Part shown: one piece after another, positions 38,254 through 50,776 of the stretch
How positions within the stretch are numbered: the first letter of the stretch is position 1
How the letters are laid out: each line of letters opens with the position of its first letter
Assembly (NCBI GenBank): GCA_964016885.1
Contig: OZ024740.1
Location: forward strand, 278,566,001-278,630,000
DNA from: Eledone cirrhosa
Taxonomy: Eukaryota
Length of the DNA stretch: 64,000 bases
Direction: 5' to 3'
The notes under the pieces: generated by a model
The model's input: the letters and a program-made list of their open reading frames with translations, nothing else
Databases searched by the model: none
What the model was told of the DNA's origin: nothing
Translations under genes and position numbers: made by a program

Positions 38254-41200
38254 TTCTCTCGAGGAAATCGGCTGTGTTCAGAGAGAGTTGGGCTTCGCCA
38301 GGTTTTAAATATCTCCCATACATACATAATATAGTGGGTGGAAGAAGGAATAGATAGGGTGGTTGATAGGCATGTAGATAAATATGTAGATTCGTGTGTA
38401 TGTATGTAGATTTTGGGAATAATTTGATATTATACCAAATATGGCTACGGGTAATATGTAACTGTATTAGTTATTTCCAGCCTTACAATCACACAATATG
38501 TTGTTACTTCGAAGATCCTCGTGTAAACTACTGCCGAACGCTTTTATTTTCGTTCTAGGATTTAGAGTTATAATATATTTGGTCACCCCAAAATAATTGA
38601 GCTGCTTGCGAAATGTAGTCTTACCACAGAGAATTTTACCACCTTGCAGTATCTATTTATCAAAAAAAGTAACCTTTATGTGATCATTTAATCCGCTAGA
38701 AACAGCAGCTAAATCTTTCTCAAAGCATACTCTACCGATTTAAAGAAGAGCACCAAGAAAATATTGAATCATGTATTCATGGATAAATTGTATCTAAAAA
38801 GAGAGATGAGACGGTAACAACTCGAAAGCTTGTGATGATAAATCTGCTAGATTAGGGCTAACTTTGGATTAAACAATAATCTATTTTGAGCTAGCTGGAC
38901 TCGTGACTACATCTTTGAGGGCTATGTGTCGGCCACAGACACTATGCTGTGTTTGAGACAGAATACAAACTCCTAACTATTGGTTGGTTGATTTTAATTT
39001 ATTGACTCAGCCATTTGTATTTTTATGTCGGTTATTAATGGTTGTTTCGTCTACCACGCTGTCTTTCACAGTAATATTACAGCTGCTTGCCGAAGAAGAT
39101 ATCACCTTTATATTGATATTAGTATTTGCTTTCTTATCTGTTGCTATGATAACAATTAATAACAACATTGCATAGGTTTTAATCAGGATGTACTATCGGC
39201 AAAACATCTTTTTTGCTTTTTTGTTTTGCGCCGATACCCGTTTCTTCTTTCTTGACTAATACTAAAATCTTTAACTCCTAATACGAAAGTTAATAGATGT
39301 ATTGATGCATACGTGCAATATGTGTGCAATTAATATTTGCATATAAACGCTGCTTAATTTATAGCCTACTATACATGTATATTTAGTAAGGGTGGTTTAC
39401 ACTTAACTGAAATTGTCGATATTTATTTCTTGGCTCTATAATGAAAACTAAATTCTATAACTTGCGGTTGTATTCAATACTTCAAACCTTATATCCAAAT
39501 TTCTCTTGATTTCTTTGTCTTTTATTTATTTATTTATTTGTTTATTTATTTATTTATTGCTTTGTTCAGATTCACACATTTTCTTTTCAATTTAAATTTA
39601 AATTGACATATAGAATTATGTGTGCGCTGTAACAATCTATATATTCCCTGTAGAACACGTCAGAAAAGAAGGCAATTTGATTTGGAAAAAAAGAAATGTA
39701 TAGAAAGATAACAAAATTTTGAATATCATTCAACAGGTACAAGTTGAATTAAAGAAGCAATATAAAGCAAAGTAGGAAGAAAGAAAGGAGCTAACGACTT
39801 GAGATGCTGATTTCAGTAAGGAAGTTTGATAAAATCCTTTTCAGTTTAAGATATTGACGTTAGATATCGAAAAGTGATGTAAATAAAAGGAAATCAAAAG
39901 AAGAATTGAAATGAATGCATATCTGAGACTGTAAGTAAATTTGTTTTGTATTAATTTTTAAGTTCAACGTAATTTCCCTTCTTCGTAACTTAACATTCTA
40001 ATATCGTTTTATAAAATATAACCAACTGGGCGGATACGTGTTATATACACCCCTGAGGAAGAAGCCCTGTAAGGTGGAATGGTTAATGCAAAGGACATCT
40101 CTAGTTGTTCTTCGCAGCAAGGAATTTGCCATCCTGTTCGCTGATACATGCTGAGATATGCTGTACAGTTTGCCCACGCTCCGTTTTGTTTTCTCTTTCT
40201 TCACTTATTTTTAATTGTGATTTATGAATTCTATATATACATTATGTTCCGTTGTGAACTGTTTATTAGAAAATTACATTTAGTCTTGTTATAAGAGAAA
40301 TAAAGGTTTAAGATTCCAGCTTGAAATGAGAACAAGTTGTTGTGGTTGTTGTTGTCTAGATCCAGCTGTGAATCTCTCGTCTTCTTATCATGGATAGTGA
40401 ATCCAGGGCCAAATTATTTAACATATCCTTCCATTTTCAAGACGGTAGCGTGTAATTTCAAAGAGATTTGGCGGCTCTTTATGGTATGAACAGCGATCAC
40501 ATAAAGACTTTATCTTTGGCTTACTCATGTCCTAGTTGTTTTTGTTGTTGTTGTTGATGATGCTGTTTTTGTCTAGTTCTGATTTATTCTTGATGAACCA
40601 AAATCATGGGGCGTAAATAGGTGTTTGAACGACGATGTGTAATTCACTGATATCTTGTTCCAGATTTAACACATATATGCTTGATAGATGATCATACAAT
40701 ACACGACATTTGTATGACAGTTGTTTTTGTTTAAACATAGGCAAACCTTTACTGAGAAGACCTATGATCAAAGATGTTCCAGTCTTCGCCATCTTGTTTT
40801 TGTTGTTGTTGTTGTTGTTATTGTTGTTGTCTTTTTTTCTTAGACATTACGTTTATAAATCATTAATTCACCGTTTATGATTTTTTTTTTTTTTACTTTT
40901 TTTGTGCTATGATATATTACAAAATAACCCAATACCTTTAAATTAAATAAATAAATATATTTGACAGTCGCAAATGATTGATTTGTTTATACAATTTCAC
41001 CACGTTAATCTGCTGCTTATGAAATGTTTTAGAATATGTAAATTACTCCAGCTGATCCCTTTTTTTTTCCTGTCCACGATGAGATTGTATAAACAAAGGC
41101 AACCGTTTACAACTGTCCAATGTTTTTAACTTCAATTAATTAACACAATTACTGCTGGCTTAAATCTATAAGTGTATTTTGTAGTGTATCATGGCATAGT

Positions 41201-41775
41201 GTGTATCATACCACCTTCTCCGACATGTTATTTTTAAGATAGTAGTGTATAATTTGAAGGATATTTGGTTGCTATTTCTAGCAGGTCGTGAAACCAGATC
41301 GAAGTTTTCTTCTTCTATACAATTAGCTTCCCATACAAGCCAAAACATGAACAGGCAAAGTGAGGTGATTTGAGGACGACAGCTGTTTTCTGCATTTATC
41401 ATTTGTCCTCAGCATTCGAGTGTAATATTTGGGGATAGGTAAATTATTTATAATCTTCAACACTTGCAGGAAATAGCAGCCAAATTTCCCTTAAATCACT
41501 GTCTAAAATGCAATGCATTCTAGATAAATTACACCAGAATAAAAATGAGATGGCATGGTTAAAACGACGGTCTAACGATGGTTCGATGATTTGGCACAGA
41601 AAATAAGCACTGATAGCTTGTAGACTGTATTCTTGAAATACATGTTGATTGAATATATTAGAGTGGAGTAAGACTTGTACGAAAAATGTTAGAAAAATAA
41701 ATACTGTTTTCATAAAAGAATGGTAACTATCGGTCTTGATAGCTATTATAATGTAGCTACTAGGTGATCTAAAAT

Positions 41776-41935
41776 AGAGTCGGACGCCATGCTTTCCAGC
41801 ATAGTTACGTCCCTTTATGGTCTGAGCTCAAATACCGCCGAGGTTCACTTTGCCTTTCATCCTTACGGGGTCGATAAAATAGAGTACCAGTAATATACTG
41901 GAAATTGCTGGCCTTGTGCCAAAAGTAGAAACAGT
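41776..41935 (+). mobile_element. Nin/Deu-core SINE
   Basis: Core and tail match the family. Confidence 0.85.
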
Positions 41936-42782
41936 TATATATAATTGCATATTATCTATTTCAAGTCTATATGTGTGAGAGAGAAAGAGAAGGAAAAGGA
42001 GAAATGGAGAAAGCGAGAGAATGAGAGAGTGATTGAGCCTTGTAATAAATTGTTTTTACTCACAAGAAAAATTGATTTGAGGTGATTGAGTATTTTGATC
42101 CATTCATAAACAAAAAGAGAAAATAATATTACATTGGAAAATTTACCGTATGAAATACATTTAATTCAAAATCAGTAATTTCTTGAAGCATTATGTGATC
42201 GATTTATTGTGAAAGTTAAGCACATTTTAGATGTGTTATTGTATATTTGTATTATCGTGCTACAACAAAAATAGTGTTTTGTTAAAACACCTCTCTGTGA
42301 TTATATTCTACGTCATATGTTATTACATTAATAATACAGTTTTGCTTAAATCACGTACAGTCAATTATTAAGTTGTAGAATTTACGACTAATAAGTAAAT
42401 AAATAAAAGGTATAAACGAGAAAAGCAATTATAAATGGCTATTGAATGAAAAGGGTGTGTTTGATTCAATAAAAGACTAAGCCTGCCTGTACTTTTGATG
42501 CAGAATGTAAAAATGATACACATTAAATACTGCAAAAATTCTAGTGAAAGGAAATAAATAGCTCACGTAGACTAATGGCATGCATTTAGATAATAGAAGA
42601 CGATAGTGATGTACTGAATGACGTATGGAAAGTTTTCTCAATGAACTGAAATCTATCTCTTAGTTGGAGAAAGAATACAAAAGCCTAGCAGAAATTATTA
42701 GCGATTCTCAAAGATAATTTAATTTTTACTCTATTATTTAGCAGACAAAATAACATCTACAAACATATTTCGGCCTTATTAA

Positions 42783-43884
42783 GCTCCATCAACCTCCCGC
42801 ATCAAATCCTCTGCCTCCTTCACTGTATTTGTCACCAAAACTATGTCGTTAGAAAATTCAGCATCTGATACCTTTTTCGCCTTAACTCTCCTGCTCTAAG
42901 CCGGTGCTACAGTAAAGCCAGAGTCCTGGTGTTTCTCCAGTGCAAGGCGCATACAATAGTCCACTACGATGATAAAAAGGTAGGGAGCCAATGTACCTCC
43001 CTGGAGCACTCCAGCCAGTATCTCAAAGAATTCTGTCATTTCATCAGGTGTAATGACTTGGGCTTTGGTGTTGGTGTAGAGCAGTGATATCAGGTCAACT
43101 ATCTTCTTGGGGATTCCATAAGCCTGTAAGATCTTCATCAGGCAGTGACGGTCCACAGAATCAAAGGCCTTCCTAAAGTCAATGAAAACCATGTCGATGA
43201 GTGTGGGGCTAAGAATGAATGAGACTAAAACAAAATATCTGGTATAGAATGTTGAGAAGCCAGAGGGGATCACTAATGTAGGCGGGAAGCCGCTAGAATT
43301 GGTTGAGGGCTTCCTGTATTTGGGAGCAAAGATTGGGAATACGGAAGATGATGTGGTTGAGAGGAAGAGCAAAGCCTGGGCGGCGTGACACAGCTTGAGA
43401 TCGGTGTGGAAGTCGAACCTTCGTAAAGACCTGAAAATCCGCCTCTTCATTGCTGTAGTGGAGTCTGTGCTGCTGTACGGGTCTGAGACTTGGACACAGA
43501 CCAAGAAACTCACTCAGATGGTGGATGGGTGCTACACGAGAATGCTGAGGATGGCTCTGAACATTAATCAGTATACACTAAGGATGAAAAACTCAGAGCT
43601 GTATGGGAGCCTCCCAAAAGTCAGCTCTAAAGTGACACAGAGGAGACTGAGGTTAGCTGGACATGATCACCGACATCCAGAGTTGACATTGCACTCAGTG
43701 CTCCTGTGGGAGCCCTTACATGGACACACTGGAAGAGGAAGTCCAAGGTTAACGTATGTTGATGCCCTAAGGACAGACACTGGTCTGTTGGAGACGCAGG
43801 ACATGGCAGCGATAATGAGGGACAGAGACCGCTGTAGAGAGCTCGTCCATGGATCTCGGGAATTTTACCCGCCCTAGATAGATA
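42783..43884. mobile_element. RTE-clade LINE with inverted 5' segment
   Basis: Minus 43193-42783: FIDFRKAFDSV, GVLQGGTLAPYLF, FSNDI..EVDGA. Plus 43197-43877 continues SVGLRMNETKT, FLYLG, LLYGSETW, RRLRLAGH. (AGAT)2 tail. Confidence 0.9.
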
Positions 43885-43967
43885 AGCCCCATCAATGAAG
43901 CACAGTCTTTTCAAACCGGTTTTGGTCAGTTGATAACTACTTTTTCAAGTAGAAAAAGTGTTTTAAC

Positions 43968-44400
43968 TTCTTCTTCTTCTTCTTCTTTTTCTTTTTCTTT
44001 TTCTTTTTCTTTTTCTTCTTTTTCTTCTTTTTCTTCTTTTTCTTCTTTTTCTTCTTTTTCTTCTTTTTCTTTTTCTTCTTCTTTTCCTGAAACATTCTAA
44101 CCGCATATCCGTAGAAATCCGTAGAATTGTGGTCTCCCATTTCGGAAAAGTAGCGGTTCTATCAGGAACGGCTCTAAGATCTCGGAGCTACCCACTCTAT
44201 CGAGTAACGTTACTCCAAAGACCCTTCGGGGTACTCCATTTCAGCCACTTTTATTCGCGATCGTATTCTTTCGGTCATTACCCAAGCTTCATGACCATAG
44301 GTAACGGTTGGCACGAATACCGAATTCAAGATAGCGAGTTTAACTTTCGCAGCTACCTCCCTTCTTTTTGATAACCGAATGCTGAAGCTGGCGCATTACT
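43968..44400 (-). mobile_element. RTE-clade LINE fragment with (GAA)n-rich tail
   Basis: Minus TYGHEAWVMTERIRSRIKVAEM ... YAVRMFQE, then a GAA/AAA tract at 44085-43968. Confidence 0.7.
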
Positions 44401-44921
44401 TATGAAATTCCACCGATCAAAACAGGCTTGAGAATACTCTACTTCGTTGTTGAACTCTAATTATACCGAAACATGTCGTTAACTGCCACTATCATTCAGT
44501 AGATTACCACGTACCTGACTGTTCATAAATACAGTCTTACAAACGCATAGATAGGAAGACGTGTATTTTTATGAATTGAGCAAATATAGCTGCAGGGTTC
44601 TTTCCAGTATTACTTTAGCTGCGAAGACTAAAATGAACTGGAAAACTAAAGAATTAAATTGCGTATTTCTATATGGCTAGTTATGTGGCAGGAAGAGGCA
44701 TGAGTCAACGAGGAAACCTGGTCGCTCTACATGTAAGAAATAACAAGATCTCTCTTACGACGAACATTTTTTATCATAGACGTGTTTGATCCAGGCTAAC
44801 CAGGGGTTAAACAACAGCAAGGGAACAAGAAAGAGTATATACTTGGCCTAAGCTATGTCCAGAGGTGAGAACAATATATGTGTGTATGTATGTGTGTGTG
44901 TGTGTGTGTGTGTGTGCATGT

Positions 44922-44967
<46 letters not shown>

Positions 44968-45356
44968 ATGCATGTATATATATATATATGTATGTATGTA
45001 TATATGTATATAATATGCAGGCTGGAACATTGTATTAAGATTGCATCTTATTCATATTGTATTCCTACATGACATGTTTCCGCATTGATCAGCTTAAGAT
45101 ACGACTGATCACGATCGGGATCGACTCTGTAATTGATAGATAAATATGTGAGTTTTATGTAATTACTTACATCCAAACGCGAGGCCATCCTTTTTGCATA
45201 TTGAGCTTAGGATAGGGGAGAGGTTATTTACCGCTGCAGTTGCAACGACAGCAACAAAAACAACAACATTAACTTAAATATAATTATACATACGTAAATA
45301 GATAAAGGGTCGATGGAAAAGAAATAATTATTGAAGGGAACGAGGAAGTAATAAAT

Positions 45357-45825
45357 AATTGTTTCCACTTCTGGCACAAGGCCAGCAATTACCTCAGTGT
45401 ATTACTGGTCCTTTATTTTATCGACCCTGTAAGGATGAAAGGCAAAGTTAACCTCGGTTGGATTTGAACTCAGAACGTAAAGGGTCATATCTCTGTGCTG
45501 CAAAGCATGGTGTCAGACGCTCTGTCGATACTGCCAATCCACCAACCTAGTAATAAATAATAGAGAGATGGACAGACATCTCTCTATTATTTATTACTAG
45601 AAAAATGGCGGTGAATTGGCAGTATTGGTAGTGTCGGCACCATGCTTTGCAGCATAGAATTATGGCCCTTTGCGTTCTGAGTTCAAATCCCACCGAGGTT
45701 AACTTAGCCTTTCATCCTTACAGGGTCGACAAAATAAAGTACCAGTAACGTACTGAGGTCGATTTAATCGACTTTCCCCTTCCCCAAAAAGATTACTGGC
45801 CTTGTGCCTATGCTAGAAATCATTA
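45357..45825. mobile_element. Two full SINEs head to head (- 45357-45545, + 45606-45825) around a 24-bp-arm hairpin
   Basis: Cores in opposite orientation; 45547-45570 is the reverse complement of 45577-45600; left copy has TSD agtaataaataat (45347, 45549). Confidence 0.85.
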
Positions 45826-46124
45826 TCAGACATAGTAGCTACTATCAGACATAGTAGCTGGGAGGCACCGGAGTAACACCACCACCACACTTCAATCAGG
45901 TTGTTAGTCGCAAGACAGCATCAACCACGACCATGTTATTAGCCATGGGTACGTGCCGTGCCCATGACTACCAAGATAAAAGAATTAATAGGAAAAATAA
46001 TAAAAATAAAATAATAAAATAATGAAAAAAAAATAGTAAAATATGGACACCAATAAGTTGTGTTGAGTGCACTAGCTATCATGCTTGTATGAACGATTAT
46101 GTAACAGCATGTATAGATAAAAAT

Positions 46125-46316
46125 TGTTTCTTATATTGGCACAAGGCCAGCAATTTTTTTTCTTGGGGGGGGGGGCGATTTAATCGAACCCAGCGCGTGA
46201 CTGGTAATTTATTTTACGGGTCGATGGAATAAAGTACCAGTCACGCACTGGGGTCGATTAAATCGACTTTCTCCTCCCCCAAAATTGCTGGCCTTGTGCC
46301 TATATAAGAAACCATG
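46125..46316. mobile_element. Back-to-back pair of SINE 3' halves with a 15-bp TSD
   Basis: Both tails point outward; tgtatagataaaaat at 46110-46124 and 46317-46331. Confidence 0.85.
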
Positions 46317-46657
46317 TGTATAGATAAAAATAGTAAATAGAAATAGTGAAGTACTCATGATTAACGTAGTGTATTCAAGTATTTGAATGTTTCAAATTTA
46401 TGAATATCCAAACATTCAGATGCTGTTTAAATGAATATTTCAAAACTGAGAAACTCTTGTTTTTTTGTTTTTTGAGTGTCTTCAATGCTTACCTTTTTGT
46501 TCCTCCGATATACTTACGTATAAATATTTGTATTCATGTTAAAATTGTTATTCTTCTTGTTATAGTTCGGCTGTGCTGGCAAATAACACCGCCCTACCCT
46601 AAGCTATATATACAAAAAGGATGGCCTCGCATTTGGATGTAAATATTTACACATAAG

Positions 46658-46756
46658 ATTCACATATCTGAGGAGCTATAGATTACAGAGTCTGGACCGA
46701 TCATGATCGATCGTATTTTTATCAGATCGATAATGAAACACATGTTATGTGTGAAT
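46658..46756 (+). ncRNA. Type I hammerhead with a 60-nt stem II domain
   Basis: AUUCACAUAU CUGAGGA [60 nt] GAAAC ACAU GUU AUGUGUGAAU: 10-bp stem I; the mirror arm reads GAAAC AU GUC AUGU. Confidence 0.6.
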
Positions 46757-46970
46757 AAAATTTGTATAAGATGCAATCTTGATACTTTGTTTCAGCCTAC
46801 TTATTATTTATACTCTGCATGATACAGCCTCTTATAACCGTTGCTAATAAGGCTGTAAAAACGCACCACGATAACTAATACCTTGCAATATCATTGAATG
46901 TTCCAACTGCTGCACTATCTGCAACTAATGTTACAAACCTAATAATAATAATAATAATTATATATATATA

Positions 46971-47164
46971 TAGGAACCAGTAAGACCCCGACAGCTGAGC
47001 TCAAGCCGTTTCGACGGCTAATTCTGGTCCAGAATTAGCCGTCGAAACGGCTTGAGCTCAGCTGTCGGGGGTCTTACTGGTTCCTATTACCCACTCTACT
47101 ACCTCAAGTATTGAGTACTTTGGTGCGTTATGGTCCACCTGGTTCCTTACCACATTTCCTTCGT

Positions 47165-47165
<1 letters not shown>
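46971..47165. mobile_element. Family B palindrome: 57-bp arms plus 79-nt extension
   Basis: Centre ctgg-t-ccag at 47028; (TA)n on both sides. Confidence 0.92.
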
Positions 47166-47198
<33 letters not shown>

Positions 47199-47208
47199 TG
47201 TGTGTGTG

Positions 47209-47261
<53 letters not shown>

Positions 47262-47265
<4 letters not shown>

Positions 47266-47455
47266 AACCAGTAAGACCCCGACAGCTGAGCTCAAGCCGT
47301 TTCGACGGCTAATTCAAAAATTGAATTAGCCGTCGAAACGGCTTGAGCTCAGCTGTCGGGGTCTTACTGGTTCCTATTACCCACTCTACTACCTCAAGTA
47401 TTGAGTACTTTGGTGCGTTATGGTCCACCTGGTTCCTTACCACATTTCCTTCGTT
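47262..47455. mobile_element. Family B palindrome, second copy: 56-bp arms plus 79-nt extension
   Basis: Centre caa-aaa-ttg at 47318-47320; same two termini as the 46971 copy. Confidence 0.92.
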
Positions 47456-47837
47456 ATATATATATATATATATATATATAGGTTTGTTTTTTAACGACAT
47501 ATCCAAGTGGTGCCTTTCCATTTTAGAGACGTATGTTGAATTAGTTGCTCAACTGTATAGGAGATTAGTAAAATTTCAAGTTATCAATAATGTAGTGATA
47601 ATATATCGTCATATTAGAGATGAACAGCGTACGTGTATGTTTGCTCAACGAGTATAAATTATATTCCGGAGAAAATGTAGAAAAGATGAATATAAAATGA
47701 AAGTGCTTTTATAAAGGAATTTATTTGGTATTGACATATGTTTCTGTAACAGACGGGATACTTATGTATCGCTGCTTGCGTAATCATATAATATTAGCAC
47801 GTAATCGATAGCAAATGTATAATATATATATATATAT

Positions 47838-48127
47838 AAATTATTAAAAAATAATGAATAAACAAAGAAACAGTTCCTTATATTAAACAAAAAAAGTTCA
47901 TTATTTTACGATCGTTTCTAGGACATATATGTGTTAGAATTGGTATGCATATTCAAAAGATCTATGTACAAAATTATACAAACTATCAGAGGGAATATAC
48001 ATACCTTCACATATATATGCTGTCTTCAGAAATAATGTATAATTTTCAGAAATAGTTTGTATAATTTTGTACATAGATCTTTTGAATATGCATACCAATT
48101 CTAACACATATATGTCCTAGATTTATC

Positions 48128-48130
<3 letters not shown>
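47838..48130 (-). mobile_element. Family E asymmetric inverted element with degenerate HHR
   Basis: 47917-47986 is inverted versus 48052-48121. Minus strand has UUGAAUA...GAAAC GAUC GUA. A related motif aaacgatcgtaaaa lies at about 16500. Confidence 0.75.
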
Positions 48131-48177
<47 letters not shown>

Positions 48178-48184
48178 CACACAC

Positions 48185-48339
<155 letters not shown>

Positions 48340-48350
48340 CATACACACAC

Positions 48351-48413
<63 letters not shown>

Positions 48414-48423
48414 TATATAAATA

Positions 48424-48557
48424 TAGTAATAATGATAAATTTGAAGACGGATAAATCCAAAGAGGATAAGGATAAATATATATCAAATATATAAGATCCC
48501 GTTAAGGGTGAAAGCACGACTCTTTGCTTAAACTTTAATCTGTTATTTTAATAAATA
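48424..48557. mobile_element. Family G inverted pair (long terminus left, short terminus right)
   Basis: Reverse tail at 48424-48495 joined to forward aagatcccgttaagggtgaaag...ttaataaatat. Confidence 0.8.
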
Positions 48558-48607
48558 TAAATATATATGTAAATATACATATATATTTATATATATATAT
48601 AAGTATA

Positions 48608-48652
<45 letters not shown>

Positions 48653-48884
48653 CTTGTGTTTCTTTCGATCTTCGGTTAGCTTTCCCCTGTGTTGTTTACT
48701 TGTCTCACTCACTTTACGAGTTTCAATTGTCCTAATAACTTATTTTAGTTATTATTGCACCAACGTGAGGTATATGATTTTTAATGCAATGAAATACCAA
48801 TGATCGTTGGCAAATCACTGATGAGGGACTCATTTTATAACATGTTATCCATGTGCAACCATGCAGTTTTCTTCTCCCCATATT

Positions 48885-48921
<37 letters not shown>

Positions 48922-49060
48922 TATAAAAACAAATAACGAAACGAAATTAAATTTTAACTTAATTATAAATATATACTTATATATATATATAAATATATAT
49001 GTATATTTATATATATATATTTATATTTATTAAAATAACAGATTAAAGTTTAAGCAAAGA

Positions 49061-49158
<98 letters not shown>

Positions 49159-49283
49159 AGGATGGAAACTACACGGAAGTATATTTAAAGAAACTTCTTT
49201 TTTCCTTTAATCCGATAAAGGGATTATTGAAAAAAAAGGAGAAAAACATTTTTTTTTTAAGGGGTTTTATAAAAAGTATATAA

Positions 49284-49323
49284 AATATTACAGGTTTCGA
49301 TGTAATTCATCTTATCAAATATT
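49284..49323 (-). ncRNA. Minimal type I hammerhead, U3-A8 variant
   Basis: AAUAU UUGAUAA GAUG AAUUA CAUC GAAAC CU GUA AUAUU. Confidence 0.7.
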
Positions 49324-49423
49324 AAAAGTTGAGAATTAAAAATTAAGAGTTGAACAAGGTCTGTTTATATTTCGTGTTGAAAGGATGAATGGGTCACTTT
49401 AGAAAAAATATTTTATATATATA

Positions 49424-49562
49424 ATTATTGTTTCTATTTTTGGCACAAGGCCAGCAATAAACCAGTACATTACTGGTACTTTATTTTATCGACCTCGTAA
49501 GGATGAAAGGCAAAGTAAACCTCGGCGGGATTTGAACTCAGATCATAAATGGATGTAACTCT
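49424..49562 (-). mobile_element. Nin/Deu-core SINE
   Basis: Reverse core; ttttatatatataatt-like duplication on both sides. Confidence 0.85.
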
Positions 49563-49581
49563 ATTTTATATATATAATTAT

Positions 49582-50032
49582 GGCTGGAAACTCTGCTAAG
49601 AGTGCTGCAATCGTTTGTCAGATTATAGAGTTTGCTGTACTTTTAGGCTACCGCCAGCCACACAAACCTGTAACAGATCCTGAACAAGCAATGCCTGTGC
49701 TTTGAAGGTTTTTCAAGTGGGGAAAGGCCTTGCACTCGACCAATCCCACTCTCTGAGCATCGAAAACACTACACGAAAAGAAGAACTGGTTAACATTATC
49801 GGATGCTTCCGAAGCCGCAGGTTTTTTTCAGAGTTTCCCTCTCCTAGAAAGGTGTTGTGACAACAACTGGGGGCCTTTCACTCCCAGGTAAAAAAAAAAA
49901 AAAAAAAAAAAAAAAAGACTACTATTTGGATGGCCGTTCACTTGCCAGGTCTTGTATTTCACACCGCAGGGTGTCCAAATATCAACCTAGTTACCAAGAA
50001 AGCTTGGTGGGGATGCCAGTTTAGTCGCCGAC
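49582..50032 (-). mobile_element. Probable RTE-type LINE 5' UTR fragment
   Basis: GC-richer island; minus ctaggagagggaaactctgaaaaaaacc resembles RTE 5' UTR motifs as I recall them; no coding motif found. Confidence 0.35.
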
Positions 50033-50310
50033 ATATATACACTATGTAGGTAGGTAGCAGTGGGGTAGGAAGAAGATTTTTTCTATATCTGTGTGTGTGA
50101 GTGTATGTATCTCTAATGTGTTAAGAAAGTGGTCATTCGTTCAGTAGGGGGAGGGGGGGAGATAAAAGCAAGGAATAAGTAATTTGGGGTCCAGTTATAA
50201 TTTATACTATGGGGAGAGAGAGATATCGGATTTGTCAAAGAAATTCTATTTTGGGAATATGTTTTGAGAGGGTATGTGCGTGTGAATGTATGTGTGTGTA
50301 TATATATGTG

Positions 50311-50404
<94 letters not shown>

Positions 50405-50515
50405 GTGATGAGATCAGACTTTGTTATGGTTGTTTTAGGTAAAAAAAGATTTTGTATGTGTATATTATATAGTAATTGTTTCTACTTTAGGCACAAGGCC
50501 AGCAATATATTATAT

Positions 50516-50691
50516 AGTAATAATAATAAATTTGAAGACTAAAATCCAAAGAGGGCTCGATAAGGATAAATATATATAAATATATATCAAATAAGAACCG
50601 TAGAGCAAATATTTATTAAAATAACAGATCCCGTTAAGGGTGAAAGCAACGATTCTTTGCTTAAACTTTAATCTGTTATTTTAATAAATAT
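50516..50691. mobile_element. Family G inverted pair
   Basis: Reverse tail 50516-50629 joined through shared agat to forward cccgttaagggtgaaag...ttaataaatat, then (TA)n. Confidence 0.85.
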
Positions 50692-50717
50692 TATATATAT
50701 ATATATATATATACATG

Positions 50718-50771
<54 letters not shown>

Positions 50772-50776
<5 letters not shown>

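Larger units (their letters stand above)
45010..46940. mobile_element. Old large palindrome (family F), about 210-bp diverged arms, later invaded by SINEs
   Basis: 45010-45217 is inverted versus 46592-46808; TA tract on the left; about 130-nt extension then (AAT)n(TA)n on the right. Confidence 0.75.

Noticed and set aside
42896-43513. 205-aa ORF as a single protein
   Set aside because: It reads across an inversion junction; only the part from MVFIDF is sense RT sequence.
49960-50032. HDV-like or twister ribozyme at the putative RTE 5' end
   Set aside because: Some pairing is possible (GTCGGC/GTTGAT; ACCAAG/CTTGGT), but I could not build the required pseudoknot.
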